50,560 bases of DNA from an uncultured Candidatus Peribacteria bacterium (GCA_964526005.1 CAZGKO010000006.1:1-50560), one strand, 5' to 3'. Shown: positions 17,683-27,756, counted from the stretch's first letter. A program made the numbers and translations. Notes: generated by a model from the sequence alone, not told the origin.

Positions 17683-17868
17683 ATATAGATTATAGCTTGA
17701 ATATAATTTTTAATAAATCGTTTCCGTAGCGAAGCGAAAGAAAACACCTTATTTCTAAAGCGAAGCAGGAAAATTCTTATTATCAAAAAGATAAAAACAT
17801 ATATGTCGTCTAACATTTGTTTATCTTCCTTTTCATAACATTAATAAAGCACATTTTTTATAAAATTT

Positions 17869-18546
17869 CTATATTTCATATCCCGCCTCTTTCTTATCAC
17901 TTACTACTTTTCCATTATCAAGTTTTACTACTCTTTTGTTTAAAAAATTTACCAAATCTTGATTATGAGTTGCTAAAAGTAAAGTTTTCCCTTCATCATT
18001 TAACTTTTTTAATAATTTGATTATGCCTAAAGCTGTTTGTGGATCAAGATTTCCCGTTGGTTCATCAGCGGCAATTAATTCAGGATCATGTACCAATGCA
18101 CGAGCGATTGCAGTTCTTTGCTTCTCCCCTCCAGAAAGTTGATTTGGAAAATGTTTAGCTTGTTTTCGTAATCCTACCAAATCCAAAAGTTCCCAAACTC
18201 GTTTTATCATTTCTTTTCCACTAAATCCACAAACTTCAAGAGCAAAAGATACATTTTCAAATACTGTTTTTTTAGGAAGTAATTTATAATCCTGAAAAAC
18301 CACACCGATTTTTCGACGATAAAATTGTAACTGTGTATCGGACATATCCTTTAATTTAAATGCATCTACGGTAATTGAACCATTTTGAATTTTTTCAGCT
18401 CCAATTAAAACATGAATTAAAGTTGATTTTCCAGCACCAGAAGGACCTATAATGGAAACAAATTCTCCGTTATTAATTATTAGATCCACATTATTCAGTA
18501 CAATTCTATTTTTATATTTTTTAATTACCTTGTCGAAAACAATCAT
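17869..18546 (-). CDS. ftsE: Cell-division ABC ATPase FtsE
   Basis: 225 aa. Contains GPSGAGKSTL, LSGGEKQRTAIARALVHDPELIAADEPTGNLDP and the H-loop ATHN. Confidence 0.85.
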   Translation of the reverse strand: MIVFDKVIKKYKNRIVLNNVDLIINNGEFVSIIGPSGAGKSTLIHVLIGAEKIQNGSITVDAFKLKDMSDTQLQFYRRKIGVVFQDYKLLPKKTVFENVSFALEVCGFSGKEMIKRVWELLDLVGLRKQAKHFPNQLSGGEKQRTAIARALVHDPELIAADEPTGNLDPQTALGIIKLLKKLNDEGKTLLLATHNQDLVNFLNKRVVKLDNGKVVSDKKEAGYEI

Positions 18547-18607
18547 ATAATTTCTCTAAATTCTTATATAGCATAACATAGTAAAATAAAATTTTCAGAT
18601 TATTTTA

Positions 18608-19549
18608 TTATTTATGAAATTTTTCATGTATTTTTTTTAAATGTCTATTGGTTAAATGGGTATAAATTTGAGTAGTGGTAATTGAGCTATGTCCAAGCAT
18701 TTCTTGAACTGATCGAATATCCGCTCCATTTTTTAAGAGTTCAGTAGCAAAACTATGCCGAAGTTTATGAGGAGTCACCTTTTTCACTATTCCTGCTTTT
18801 TTGGCATAATTTCTAATTAAAAACTGAATCATAGTTGTGGTCAATCTTCTCTCTGAGACTTTTCCTTCAGTTAATAAACTGTGTAAAGAATTATTTTTAG
18901 TGCTGCAACCACGCCCATGATTAATAAAAACCGCTTTTTCCTTATCTTTTCTGGCTTGTAAATATTCCTTGATGGCTGTGATTGCATCTTTCGATAGAAA
19001 AACAATACGTTGCTTCCGACCTTTCCCTAATACTCTGAATTCACCACTATTCAAATTAATTAAATCAATATTTAAACCAGATAATTCGCTAACTCTAAGG
19101 CCTGTAGAATAAAGAGTTCGTAAAATGGCATAATCTCTTTTTCCACGTAAATTCAAGCGATTTGGAGTTTTAAATAATTTTTCCAATTCTTCTCTTTCTA
19201 AACAATCTACAGTACGATCCGGTATTTTACTCAATTCGATTTTCTCTGCGGAAAGGGTTTTAATATCATTTTTGGCTAAATATTTTAAAAAAGCTCGCAA
19301 AGAAATTAAATGAAAATTTTGTGTTTTTACCGACAACAATTGTTCTTTTTTCTCGTTTTGCAATCGATTTAGATAAATTCTATAATTATTAATTAAATCT
19401 AAATCAATTTCTCCCACTTCTGAATCTGCACCGACAAATTCCTTAAATCTTTTTAAGTAATGGAAATAGTTTTCCAATGTTTTAACTGATTGATTTTTGG
19501 TAATTTCACAATATTCCAAAAATTTATTACAAGCCTTTTTTAATTTCAT
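18608..19549 (-). CDS. xerC: Tyrosine recombinase XerC/XerD family
   Basis: 313 aa. N-terminal SAM-like core-binding domain. The catalytic region contains RDYAILRTLYSTGLRVSEL...HKLRHSFATELLKNGADIRSVQEMLGHSSITTTQIYTH. Confidence 0.8.
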   Translation of the reverse strand: MKLKKACNKFLEYCEITKNQSVKTLENYFHYLKRFKEFVGADSEVGEIDLDLINNYRIYLNRLQNEKKEQLLSVKTQNFHLISLRAFLKYLAKNDIKTLSAEKIELSKIPDRTVDCLEREELEKLFKTPNRLNLRGKRDYAILRTLYSTGLRVSELSGLNIDLINLNSGEFRVLGKGRKQRIVFLSKDAITAIKEYLQARKDKEKAVFINHGRGCSTKNNSLHSLLTEGKVSERRLTTTMIQFLIRNYAKKAGIVKKVTPHKLRHSFATELLKNGADIRSVQEMLGHSSITTTQIYTHLTNRHLKKIHEKFHK

Positions 19550-19616
19550 GATAAAATTTAAGAATTGCCATTACTACAAAACGATGATAACTTAAAATAA
19601 CTTAATCGTCACGGAA

Positions 19617-20051
19617 ATGATTTGTCCAAAATGTAAACATGAAGATACCAGAGTGCTTGATTCTCGCGAAACTAATGCCGGCAAAGAAATTCGTCGTCGT
19701 CGCGAATGCATTAAATGTAATCATCGTTTTACAACGTTTGAGAGAATTGAATTAACCGATTTCTTGGTAATTAAAAAAGATAATTCCCGTGAATCATATA
19801 GCCATGCCAAACTGATTAATGGCATTTGGAAAGCTTGTATTCGTCGACCAGTTACTCAAGAGCAAATTATAAATATGCTTGAAATATTAGAAGAAAAATG
19901 GGCGGCACATGGCAAGGAAATTTCTTCGATTATTATTGGTGAAGACGTTTTAAAAGCACTTAAAGAACTCGATAAAGTAGCTTATATCCGCTTTGCCAGT
20001 GTCTATAAGCAATTTCAAGATTTAGAATCTTTCAATCAGGTATTACAATAA
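19617..20051 (+). CDS. nrdR: Transcriptional repressor NrdR
   Basis: 144 aa. Zinc ribbon MICPKCKHEDTRVLDSRE...RRRRECIKCNHRFTTFE, followed by an ATP-cone domain. Confidence 0.92.
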   Translation: MICPKCKHEDTRVLDSRETNAGKEIRRRRECIKCNHRFTTFERIELTDFLVIKKDNSRESYSHAKLINGIWKACIRRPVTQEQIINMLEILEEKWAAHGKEISSIIIGEDVLKALKELDKVAYIRFASVYKQFQDLESFNQVLQ

Positions 20052-20065
20052 TACTTGAAGAAATT

Positions 20066-20512
20066 TTAAATAATTTTTTTATTTTTTCTAAGTGAATCAA
20101 TATCCATTTCTGTCACTCCGGTTAAATTAATGCCGCCCATCATGAAATTTAATTGACAGTCTAAACAATAAGAAACCAGACCATTAGTTGAACATAAAAG
20201 TTTTCTAGTTTGTTCATTAACTTTATTAATACCAAATTCCAAATCTTGTTTATCTTTTGCAGAAACAATTCTAGCTTCATAGACTGTTGATATACCATTA
20301 CAATTTGAGGTTAAACACCTCATTTCTAGTAATGTTATTATTTCTAAAAAATATCTCCCAACAATTAATTGAGTTCTCTTTCTAATCTCTTTACATAAAT
20401 CTACCTCTGCTACAATTAATATTGTTTTTGATATTCTTTCAATTCTGACAATATTATTTTTTACAATTTTAGATTGTTTTTCAAAATTAGAGAGTTGGTT
20501 GTGTTTTTGCAT
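20066..20512 (-). CDS. Hypothetical protein, 148 aa, no family recognised
   Basis: An ORF with several Cys residues (CLTSNCNG, CLDCQ). I can name no recognisable family. Confidence 0.4.
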   Translation of the reverse strand: MQKHNQLSNFEKQSKIVKNNIVRIERISKTILIVAEVDLCKEIRKRTQLIVGRYFLEIITLLEMRCLTSNCNGISTVYEARIVSAKDKQDLEFGINKVNEQTRKLLCSTNGLVSYCLDCQLNFMMGGINLTGVTEMDIDSLRKNKKII

Positions 20513-20812
20513 ATCTTATAGACGGTTATCAGATAATAATAATTATTAAAACCTAACTATACGAAACTGATTATTTAATAGTATATTATTATAATAATAA
20601 TGCAATAAGTCAAGTAGAATAAACAAAATAGCTCAAATATATTGGATGTATTTGAGTATTAATTAAAAACACCTGCTAATATAGCATAATTTTCAATTTA
20701 AAACGGTTGTTCAGATAATTGACCATTTGTCATCCTAAATTTATATTTTTTAGTAGTTGATACCTCTCCATTTCATTTATAATCCATTTACAAATATTCT
20801 TTCACTAAAGGA

Positions 20813-22975
20813 ATGGAACAGGATCTTCTTAAAAATCTCAATCTCGAACAGCGTAATGCTGTCACCACTGTTAAAGGACCTCTAATCATTTTTGCCGGTG
20901 CTGGTTCTGGAAAAACTAAAGCTTTAACCACACGTATTGCTTATTTAATCAAGCATAAAAATATTTCCCCACGCAATATTCTGGCGGTTACTTTTACTAA
21001 TAAAGCCGCAAATGAAATGAAAGAGAGAATTTTCCTCTTGATAGGGCAGCCTCATAATTCAAATTTAATTCCACATTTAGGAACTTTCCATTCAATTTGT
21101 ATCCGAATTTTACGCAAACATATTTTAAATCTCGGTTATGATAATTATTTTGTAATTTATGACACCGCCGATCAGCAAATTTTAATTAAACATATTTTGG
21201 CAGATCTTGGTATTGATAGTAAACAATTTAATCCACGGGCTATTCTAAATTTTATCTCTAATGCTAAAAATCAATTAATTACTCCTGAAAAATACTATCA
21301 ATTTGTTAATAATTATTTTACTGAAAAAGTTGAAAAAGTTTATCGCCACTATCAAAAAGAATTAAAAAAAGCTAATGCCCTTGATTTTGACGATATTATT
21401 ATGAAAACTGTCGAATTATTTAAAACTTATCCAGAAATTCTCGATAAATATCAGGAAGAATTCAAATATATTTCTGTGGATGAATATCAAGATACCAACC
21501 ATGCCCAATATGTTCTAACAAATTTATTGGCTGCTAAATACCACAATCTATGTGTTATTGGAGATTCTGACCAATCTATTTATTCCTTTCGCGGGGCAAA
21601 TATTCAAAATATTCTTGATTTTGAAAAAGATTATCCTGATGCCAAGTTTGTTTTTCTGGAACAAAATTATCGTTCCACACAAATCATTCTTGATGCCGCA
21701 TATAATATTATTATTAAAAACAAACGTCGCAAAGAAAAAAAACTTTGGACTGATCGTACCGATGGGGAAAAAATTACTTTAAAAGCTTTATCTAATGAAA
21801 GGGCTGAAGGTGAATATATTGCCGAAGAAATCATCAAGACCCTAAATCGGGATAAACAAAGAACTTATAATCATTTTGTAATACTTTATCGCACCAATGC
21901 TCAGTCCCGTGTTTTAGAAGAATCATTTTTAAGAAATGCTTTACCATATAAAATTATTGGTGGAATTAAGTTTTATGAACGCAAGGAAATTAAAGATCTA
22001 ATCTCATATTTAAGGGTTATTCAAAATCCCAATGATACAATTAGCCTACTCCGCATTATCAATACTCCTCCGCGCAAAATTGGTTCAAAAACTTTAAATT
22101 TAATTCAGGAATATTCAATTAATCACGATCAATCTTTTTGGGAAAGTATTTTGCAAATAGATAATATTCAAGAAATCCGCGGACAAAAATCCCAAGCCCT
22201 ACAGGATTTTACCAAAATGATTCAAAATCTTCAAAAAACCAGCTATAATTTTTCAATTTCGGATTTAATTAAACATGTTTTGGATAATAGTGGTTATAAA
22301 AGATTTTTAGATGATGGCACTGCGGAAGGAGAAGCAAGATTGCAAAATGTTTATGAATTAATTTCTGTTGCTAGCAAATATCAGAACTTGGAACCTCGTG
22401 AATCTCTATCTATTTTTTTAGAAGAAATCGCTTTAACCTCTGATCTGGATAATTTAAATAATGAAGAAAATGCAATCACTTTAATGACGGTTCACTCCGC
22501 CAAAGGTTTAGAATTTCCAATCGTCTTTATCGTAGGTTTAGAAGATGGTCTTTTCCCACATTCCCGCAGTATTCTCGATCACGAAGAATTAGAAGAAGAG
22601 CGTCGATTAATGTATGTAGCCATTACTCGCTCCAAAGATAAATTATATTTACTCTACACAAAAAGTCGTATGCTTTATGGTGAATCACGGACTAATCCGC
22701 CATCTCAGTTTATTTTGGATATTCCAGTTGAACATCTAGACACTGAACCCGATCATAAACCTCTGCCCGATGAAAATTTTATTTCCGAACCTGTTATTTT
22801 TAGTGATGAATATGAACCACAACAATTTCAAGATGGGAATAAAGTTATTCACCCAATTTTTGGTGAAGGAGTTGTTGTTTCAATCAAGGGAGGAGTTGCC
22901 ACTATTGCTTTTAAATCTAAAAAATTCGGTCTTAAAAAATTGGCGCTTTCTGTTGCCCCGCTCAGGAAAATGTAA
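20813..22975 (+). CDS. pcrA: ATP-dependent DNA helicase PcrA/UvrD (SF1)
   Basis: 720 aa. Contains AGAGSGKTKALT, VDEYQDTNHAQY, YRSTQ, VHSAKGLEFPIVF and MYVAITRSKDKLY. Confidence 0.93.
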   Translation: MEQDLLKNLNLEQRNAVTTVKGPLIIFAGAGSGKTKALTTRIAYLIKHKNISPRNILAVTFTNKAANEMKERIFLLIGQPHNSNLIPHLGTFHSICIRILRKHILNLGYDNYFVIYDTADQQILIKHILADLGIDSKQFNPRAILNFISNAKNQLITPEKYYQFVNNYFTEKVEKVYRHYQKELKKANALDFDDIIMKTVELFKTYPEILDKYQEEFKYISVDEYQDTNHAQYVLTNLLAAKYHNLCVIGDSDQSIYSFRGANIQNILDFEKDYPDAKFVFLEQNYRSTQIILDAAYNIIIKNKRRKEKKLWTDRTDGEKITLKALSNERAEGEYIAEEIIKTLNRDKQRTYNHFVILYRTNAQSRVLEESFLRNALPYKIIGGIKFYERKEIKDLISYLRVIQNPNDTISLLRIINTPPRKIGSKTLNLIQEYSINHDQSFWESILQIDNIQEIRGQKSQALQDFTKMIQNLQKTSYNFSISDLIKHVLDNSGYKRFLDDGTAEGEARLQNVYELISVASKYQNLEPRESLSIFLEEIALTSDLDNLNNEENAITLMTVHSAKGLEFPIVFIVGLEDGLFPHSRSILDHEELEEERRLMYVAITRSKDKLYLLYTKSRMLYGESRTNPPSQFILDIPVEHLDTEPDHKPLPDENFISEPVIFSDEYEPQQFQDGNKVIHPIFGEGVVVSIKGGVATIAFKSKKFGLKKLALSVAPLRKM

Positions 22976-23087
22976 TTGGGGATTAATGAAGAAAATGTAA
23001 TTGGGGAAAATTTAATGAGGAAATCTTTAGAACAAATTTAACAGAAAAATTTTTAGAACAAATAAAATACCTGTTAAACTATTATTT

Positions 23088-23426
23088 TTATAATTTATCT
23101 GCTCTTTGCGCTTTATCTTCACGTTCACGCCGTTCTTTATCAAACTTTTCATCTGGGATTTTGAAATATCTTTTAATACTGCGTTCTGTCCCATAAACAA
23201 TTTCACAATCTGAATCTGATTTTTGAGTTTTATCTTTATTTAAATTGGGAGCATCCGCTTTGCGGCAGCCATCAATCGGACTTTTAAAGACAAAGTTTTT
23301 TGGTTTAATATCTAAAATTTGATGGCAACTTTTACAATAAAAAGTTAATCCATCTGGTATTTGAATTGTTGTATCTTTTTTTAAATTACTTAACCGTAAA
23401 TTCCCACGATGTCGCTTATTTTGCAT
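23088..23426 (-). CDS. Hypothetical small basic protein (possible zinc-ribbon CKSC...C)
   Basis: 112-aa ORF lying 9 nt downstream of the preceding membrane-protein gene on the same strand. Confidence 0.4.
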   Translation of the reverse strand: MQNKRHRGNLRLSNLKKDTTIQIPDGLTFYCKSCHQILDIKPKNFVFKSPIDGCRKADAPNLNKDKTQKSDSDCEIVYGTERSIKRYFKIPDEKFDKERREREDKAQRADKL

Positions 23427-23435
23427 AATAAATTA

Positions 23436-24407
23436 TTATAAATCTGTTCTATACATTTGTGGTTTTTTCACACTATTCCCACTCGAAACAGTACTTGATC
23501 TTTTTTTTATTGCATTCCTCAATAAATCATTCTCATTGTTAGTTTGATTAGCCTTTTTCCCATTTTCTATTAGTCCAGCATTTCTACGTAATTTATCAAA
23601 TGCAATCCCTGAATTGTTGGAAAAAACATTAGAAAGAGTTGAAGCTTCCCTTTCTTTACGTCGTTGTTCTGGTGTTTTAGTATCCTTCTGCATTAACATT
23701 TTAATCGTCTCATAAGTTTTTGAATTTTTAGCAAAGTTATTCTGTTCGACTGTTTGGGTGTTAACATCAAGAGCATAAATACTCGGTTTCTGTAGATTCC
23801 CAATTTGTCTATCTTGGCTCGTTTCCTGGATTTCAGGAATAGACTGCTTTTTAGGTATTATTTTTTGTTCTATCTCCCCTTCTGTTTCAATCAAACCCTT
23901 TCTGAAAGTTAAATAACCTCCTATTGCTATCATCACGGTAGCAATCAAAGCTAGCATTGAACCTATCCCCGCCTTTTTTGCAAGTAGATTTAAACCAAAT
24001 TGAGGATGGAAATAAGCTGAATTAATCAAAATCAAAAAATATAAATTTAAGAAACCCAAGAACATCTGTAATTTACCGCGCTTTTTATTATTAACAGCAT
24101 ATCCAAATAATTTTATTTTTTCAAAACTAATAGCTAAATTTAAAATTGCCAATGTTAAAATTGTATAACCAGCTAAATAAAGAGGTCCATTTAAAGCGTT
24201 ATATGTTTCCCCCGTATGAAAAATATCAGTATCATTATACCAGTTGAAAAATAAACTAACTATTAACAGTACTGAAAATATTGCTGAAATCTTTTTTTCA
24301 AGCGGCCATTTACTCACTTTTTTTACAATTTGATTCTTTAAGCTTCCTTTAGTCATTTTAAAAGAGTTAATTGATAATAATATAACTACTAGTAGTGACA
24401 AAATCAA
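23436..24407 (-). CDS. Hypothetical polytopic membrane protein with a disordered polar C-terminal tail
   Basis: 323 aa. The N-terminal half has about 6 hydrophobic helices and the C-terminal half is Q/N/K/S-rich. Confidence 0.5.
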   Translation of the reverse strand: MILSLLVVILLSINSFKMTKGSLKNQIVKKVSKWPLEKKISAIFSVLLIVSLFFNWYNDTDIFHTGETYNALNGPLYLAGYTILTLAILNLAISFEKIKLFGYAVNNKKRGKLQMFLGFLNLYFLILINSAYFHPQFGLNLLAKKAGIGSMLALIATVMIAIGGYLTFRKGLIETEGEIEQKIIPKKQSIPEIQETSQDRQIGNLQKPSIYALDVNTQTVEQNNFAKNSKTYETIKMLMQKDTKTPEQRRKEREASTLSNVFSNNSGIAFDKLRRNAGLIENGKKANQTNNENDLLRNAIKKRSSTVSSGNSVKKPQMYRTDL

Positions 24408-24473
24408 ATATTTGTATTAAGATCTTTCTGCTCATTCCCCTTTAGGGATGTATAGCTACAAAAAGCACATAAT

Positions 24474-25610
24474 ATGAAAATTGCCATTGATATTCGCGAG
24501 GCTGACGGTGAAAAAACCGGAAAGGGTTTTTACGCCTATGGAATCGTTGCTGAATTATTAAAATTAGATCATCAAAATCAATATTTACTTTATACTAATA
24601 AAGCAGAATCTCCTTTCCCCAAGCAAAATAATGTCCAAATCCGCCAAATTAGTTTTGGTGGTTTTAAATGGCATCTAAAAGTACTTTCTGATTTAAAAAA
24701 GGAAAAAGTAGATATTTATTTTTCCCCGACCAGTTATATTATTCCAGCACTTGCCCCAAAAAGAATCAAAACCATTATTACAGTTCATGATCTGGTTTCT
24801 TTTTTATTTCCTCACAGCCATCAAAAAAAAGCGGTTTTAATAGAAAGAATAACATTACGAATTGCACTCAAAAGAACTGCTAAAGTGTTAACAGTTTCTG
24901 AAAATACAGCAATTGATTTAGTGAAAATATTTAAATTAAATCGGGAAAGTATTACTGAAACCCCATGTGCACCTCATCAACATTACTTTGATAAAATTTC
25001 TGAAACAATTATTTCAAAAACTAAACAAAAATACAATTTACCAGATAAATTTATTTTAGGTGTTGGAACATTAGAGCCTCGTAAAAATTTTATTAATTTA
25101 ATTAAGGCTTTTGTGATTGTTCGCCGTGAGTTACCTGATTATAAATTGGTTATTGTTGGTAAAAAAGGTTGGAAATATCATGAGATTAAAGAGACAGTGC
25201 AACAATTCAAATTACAAAATGAAATTATTTTCACAGGTTATGTGAAAGATGAAGAACTACCTGTTTTTTACCACTCTGCATCGGTTTTCATTTTCCCTTC
25301 TTTATATGAAGGCTTCGGGATCCCCCCTCTTGAGGCAATGGCATGTGGCTGCCCTGTTGTCAGTTCTAATGCCGCTTCTTTGCCAGAAGTGATTGGTGAA
25401 GCAGGACTTTTGATTGATCCAAAAAGTTCCAATAAAATTGCTGATAGCATCATAAGTCTTCTTGAAAATGAACAGGTTAGAAATATGTTGATTGAACGCG
25501 GTAGGGAACACACACAAAAATTTAATTGGAAAATTTCCGCTGAAATTTTATTTGAAGAAATTAAAAAACTAAATCCTACAAACCCAGTAATTTCTCAATT
25601 AAACAATTAA
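24474..25610 (+). CDS. Glycosyltransferase family 4 (GT-B, Glycos_transf_1)
   Basis: 378 aa. Contains the EX7E region FPSLYEGFGIPPLEAMACGCPVVSSNAASLPEVIGEAG. Confidence 0.85.
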   Translation: MKIAIDIREADGEKTGKGFYAYGIVAELLKLDHQNQYLLYTNKAESPFPKQNNVQIRQISFGGFKWHLKVLSDLKKEKVDIYFSPTSYIIPALAPKRIKTIITVHDLVSFLFPHSHQKKAVLIERITLRIALKRTAKVLTVSENTAIDLVKIFKLNRESITETPCAPHQHYFDKISETIISKTKQKYNLPDKFILGVGTLEPRKNFINLIKAFVIVRRELPDYKLVIVGKKGWKYHEIKETVQQFKLQNEIIFTGYVKDEELPVFYHSASVFIFPSLYEGFGIPPLEAMACGCPVVSSNAASLPEVIGEAGLLIDPKSSNKIADSIISLLENEQVRNMLIERGREHTQKFNWKISAEILFEEIKKLNPTNPVISQLNN

Positions 25611-25645
25611 AAGCATCATTGATTGCCGTTATAAAATATATATTA

Positions 25646-26590
25646 TTACCCAAATAGCCCTTTATTATGTGGTTTTAATCCTACTTCATCGGCTAATTCT
25701 TTATAAAGTTGTTTTTCTTTTTTAGAAAGTCTAGTTGGAATTTGAACATTAACCTTAATATATAAATCCCCTTTATCTCCAGAATGTAATTTTTTAACTC
25801 CATATCCTCTTAATTTAAAAACTTTACCGGGCTGAGTACCTGTTGGAATTTTCAATAATAATTCATTATCTAAAGTTTTAATTTTAATCTGATCTCCTAA
25901 AATAGCTTGTAGATGAGAAATAGAAGTTTGCAGATGTAAATCAGGTCCATTTCTAACAAATTCTTTGTGTGGACGAACCCGTACATGTACATATAAGTCG
26001 CCAGTTGGACCCCCATTCATTCCAGGATCACCTTTTCCTGTTAATCTGATAATTGATTCATTGTCTACACCTGCCGGTATTTTGACTTTTAGATTTTCTT
26101 GTATCTTATCACCAGTTTTTCCCGGTCTGGTAATTAATAATTCTGTTTCAGTACCGAAAATCGCCTCTTCAAAAGTAATTGCCAATTCAAATTCCAGATT
26201 TCGCCCTTTGTGTGGAGCATTTCTTTGAGCTCCAAATCCAGTAAAAAAAGCTTCAAAAATATCAGAAAACCCCTGTGCTCCACCAAAATCCGCGCCCATT
26301 CCATTAAAATCAAAGCCAGCATTTTGAAAACCTTGAAATCCACCACTGTTACCACTACCTCCGCCAAAATTGGCACTGGTTTCACCAAAACGATCGTATG
26401 CCGCTTTTTTTTGAGGATCACCTAAAATTTCATAAGCTTTATTTATCTCTTTAAATTTTTCCTCTATTTGCTTATCACCCTTGTGTTTATCAGGATGCAA
26501 TTCCATTGCTTTATGGCGATAGGCTTTTTTAATTTCGGATTCCGTTGCAGTGTGGGAAACTCCTAATATTTCATATAAATTGTTAGCCAT
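25646..26590 (-). CDS. DnaJ-class chaperone lacking the zinc-finger domain (class II / CbpA-like)
   Basis: 314 aa. J domain YEILGV...YRHKAMELHPDKHKGD, a G/F-rich linker and C-terminal substrate-binding domains. No CxxCxGxG repeats are present. Confidence 0.85.
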   Translation of the reverse strand: MANNLYEILGVSHTATESEIKKAYRHKAMELHPDKHKGDKQIEEKFKEINKAYEILGDPQKKAAYDRFGETSANFGGGSGNSGGFQGFQNAGFDFNGMGADFGGAQGFSDIFEAFFTGFGAQRNAPHKGRNLEFELAITFEEAIFGTETELLITRPGKTGDKIQENLKVKIPAGVDNESIIRLTGKGDPGMNGGPTGDLYVHVRVRPHKEFVRNGPDLHLQTSISHLQAILGDQIKIKTLDNELLLKIPTGTQPGKVFKLRGYGVKKLHSGDKGDLYIKVNVQIPTRLSKKEKQLYKELADEVGLKPHNKGLFG

Positions 26591-26643
26591 ATTTAATGAG
26601 TGTCATCCTAGGTTGTTTTAACGATAAATGACTTAATTATTCT

Positions 26644-26670
26644 TTGGCACTTAATTTAGCAGATTGCTAA
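26644..26670 (-). promoter_or_regulatory. CIRCE-like element (candidate HrcA operator) upstream of the dnaJ-class gene
   Basis: The minus strand reads TTAGCAATC-TGCTAAATT-AAGTGCCAA. Against the CIRCE consensus TTAGCACTC-N9-GAGTGCTAA this matches 8/9 and 7/9. It lies about 55 nt upstream of the start codon. Confidence 0.45.
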
Positions 26671-26923
26671 TTTTAAACAAAATGAATTTTTAAAATTTAT
26701 ATTGAAGGGAATGTGTTTTATTCTTATAAAAGTGCTTTTTTACAACATTTCTTACTATTGGGTTTCTGATACCTAAAGAATTAATAGGCTTTTTATTATA
26801 TTTGAGCAATCTCTCTACACATTCTTGATCTATATAGTTTTTTGAGTTCTTCTCTATGTGTTATCTTTATATCAAGTAAATCTTCATAAAATTTTATAAA
26901 GTTTAATTGATAATAACAGTTAT

Positions 26924-27052
26924 ATGAAACATATAAAAAAAGTTTGGCCAGAATATTTTCAAAAGATTCTTGATAGTAAAAAAACTTATGAACTTCGTCT
27001 TGCTGATTGGGAGTGTAATGAAGGAGATATTTTAGTCAAAAGAAGATGTTGA
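26924..27052 (+). pseudogene. Truncated DUF3850/ASCH-like gene remnant
   Basis: 42-codon ORF MKHIKKVWPEYFQKILDSKKTYELRLADWECNEGDILVKRRC*. The N-terminus matches the DUF3850 pattern (WPEYF...GKKTFE(I/L)R...GD.L). The remainder is deleted, apart from a possible C-terminal trace (YGYQIIAFK*) in another frame. Confidence 0.5.
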
Positions 27053-27756
27053 AACATATGGTTATCAAATTATTGCTTTTAAATAATGGCACAATTACCT
27101 AAGTTTTAGGGACACCTTGTTTTTAAAAGTTTTTAAGAATTTTACGCCTATATAACAAGGAATATATGGTTCGGGGTTCGGCTAATCATATCTAAAAGAA
27201 TCATTAAAATTAAATCGTGGGAAGATTGTGTAGATTATCTATCTATTGTAAAATATTATGTAAAGTGACGCAAATTTGCAACATTACATATCTTTAATAT
27301 TAGCTAATATTAAAAACTTAACAAAAATAGTATTTTTATATAATATTATATATTTTTGATTATTTCTTGATTTTGTTCCCATAAACTCAATTGGCTCTTC
27401 ACAATCACACGTGCCGCATCTTCATTTCTATTTAAGTGATTACAAAAAATGAAGAGTGGTATATCTTTAGCAATATCCATAAGTTGCGCTTATTCTTTGG
27501 TTCTACCTCCTGTTGTGGACAATCTTTCCCCGCTTTCCAAACTGTTGAGATGGAAGGTTAATTCTTTTTTAGACATATTATAAATATATTAAATAATGTT
27601 AATATTCTAATATATCATTATATCCAATATCAAAGTTAATCTATACAATATGTATTATAAATGAATTTAAAACTTATTTCTCTGCTTTGCAGTTAAAAAC
27701 GAAATATAAGTAGAAAACTTATATAATATATATTTAAAATAACAATAGAGGATAAT

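Noticed and set aside
18608-19549. The tyrosine recombinase could be the integrase of a mobile element.
   Set aside because: Its full XerC/XerD-type architecture and housekeeping neighbours (ftsE, nrdR) argue against this. There are no flanking repeats and no adjacent cargo beyond the dead R-M cassette, which lies on the far side of ftsE.
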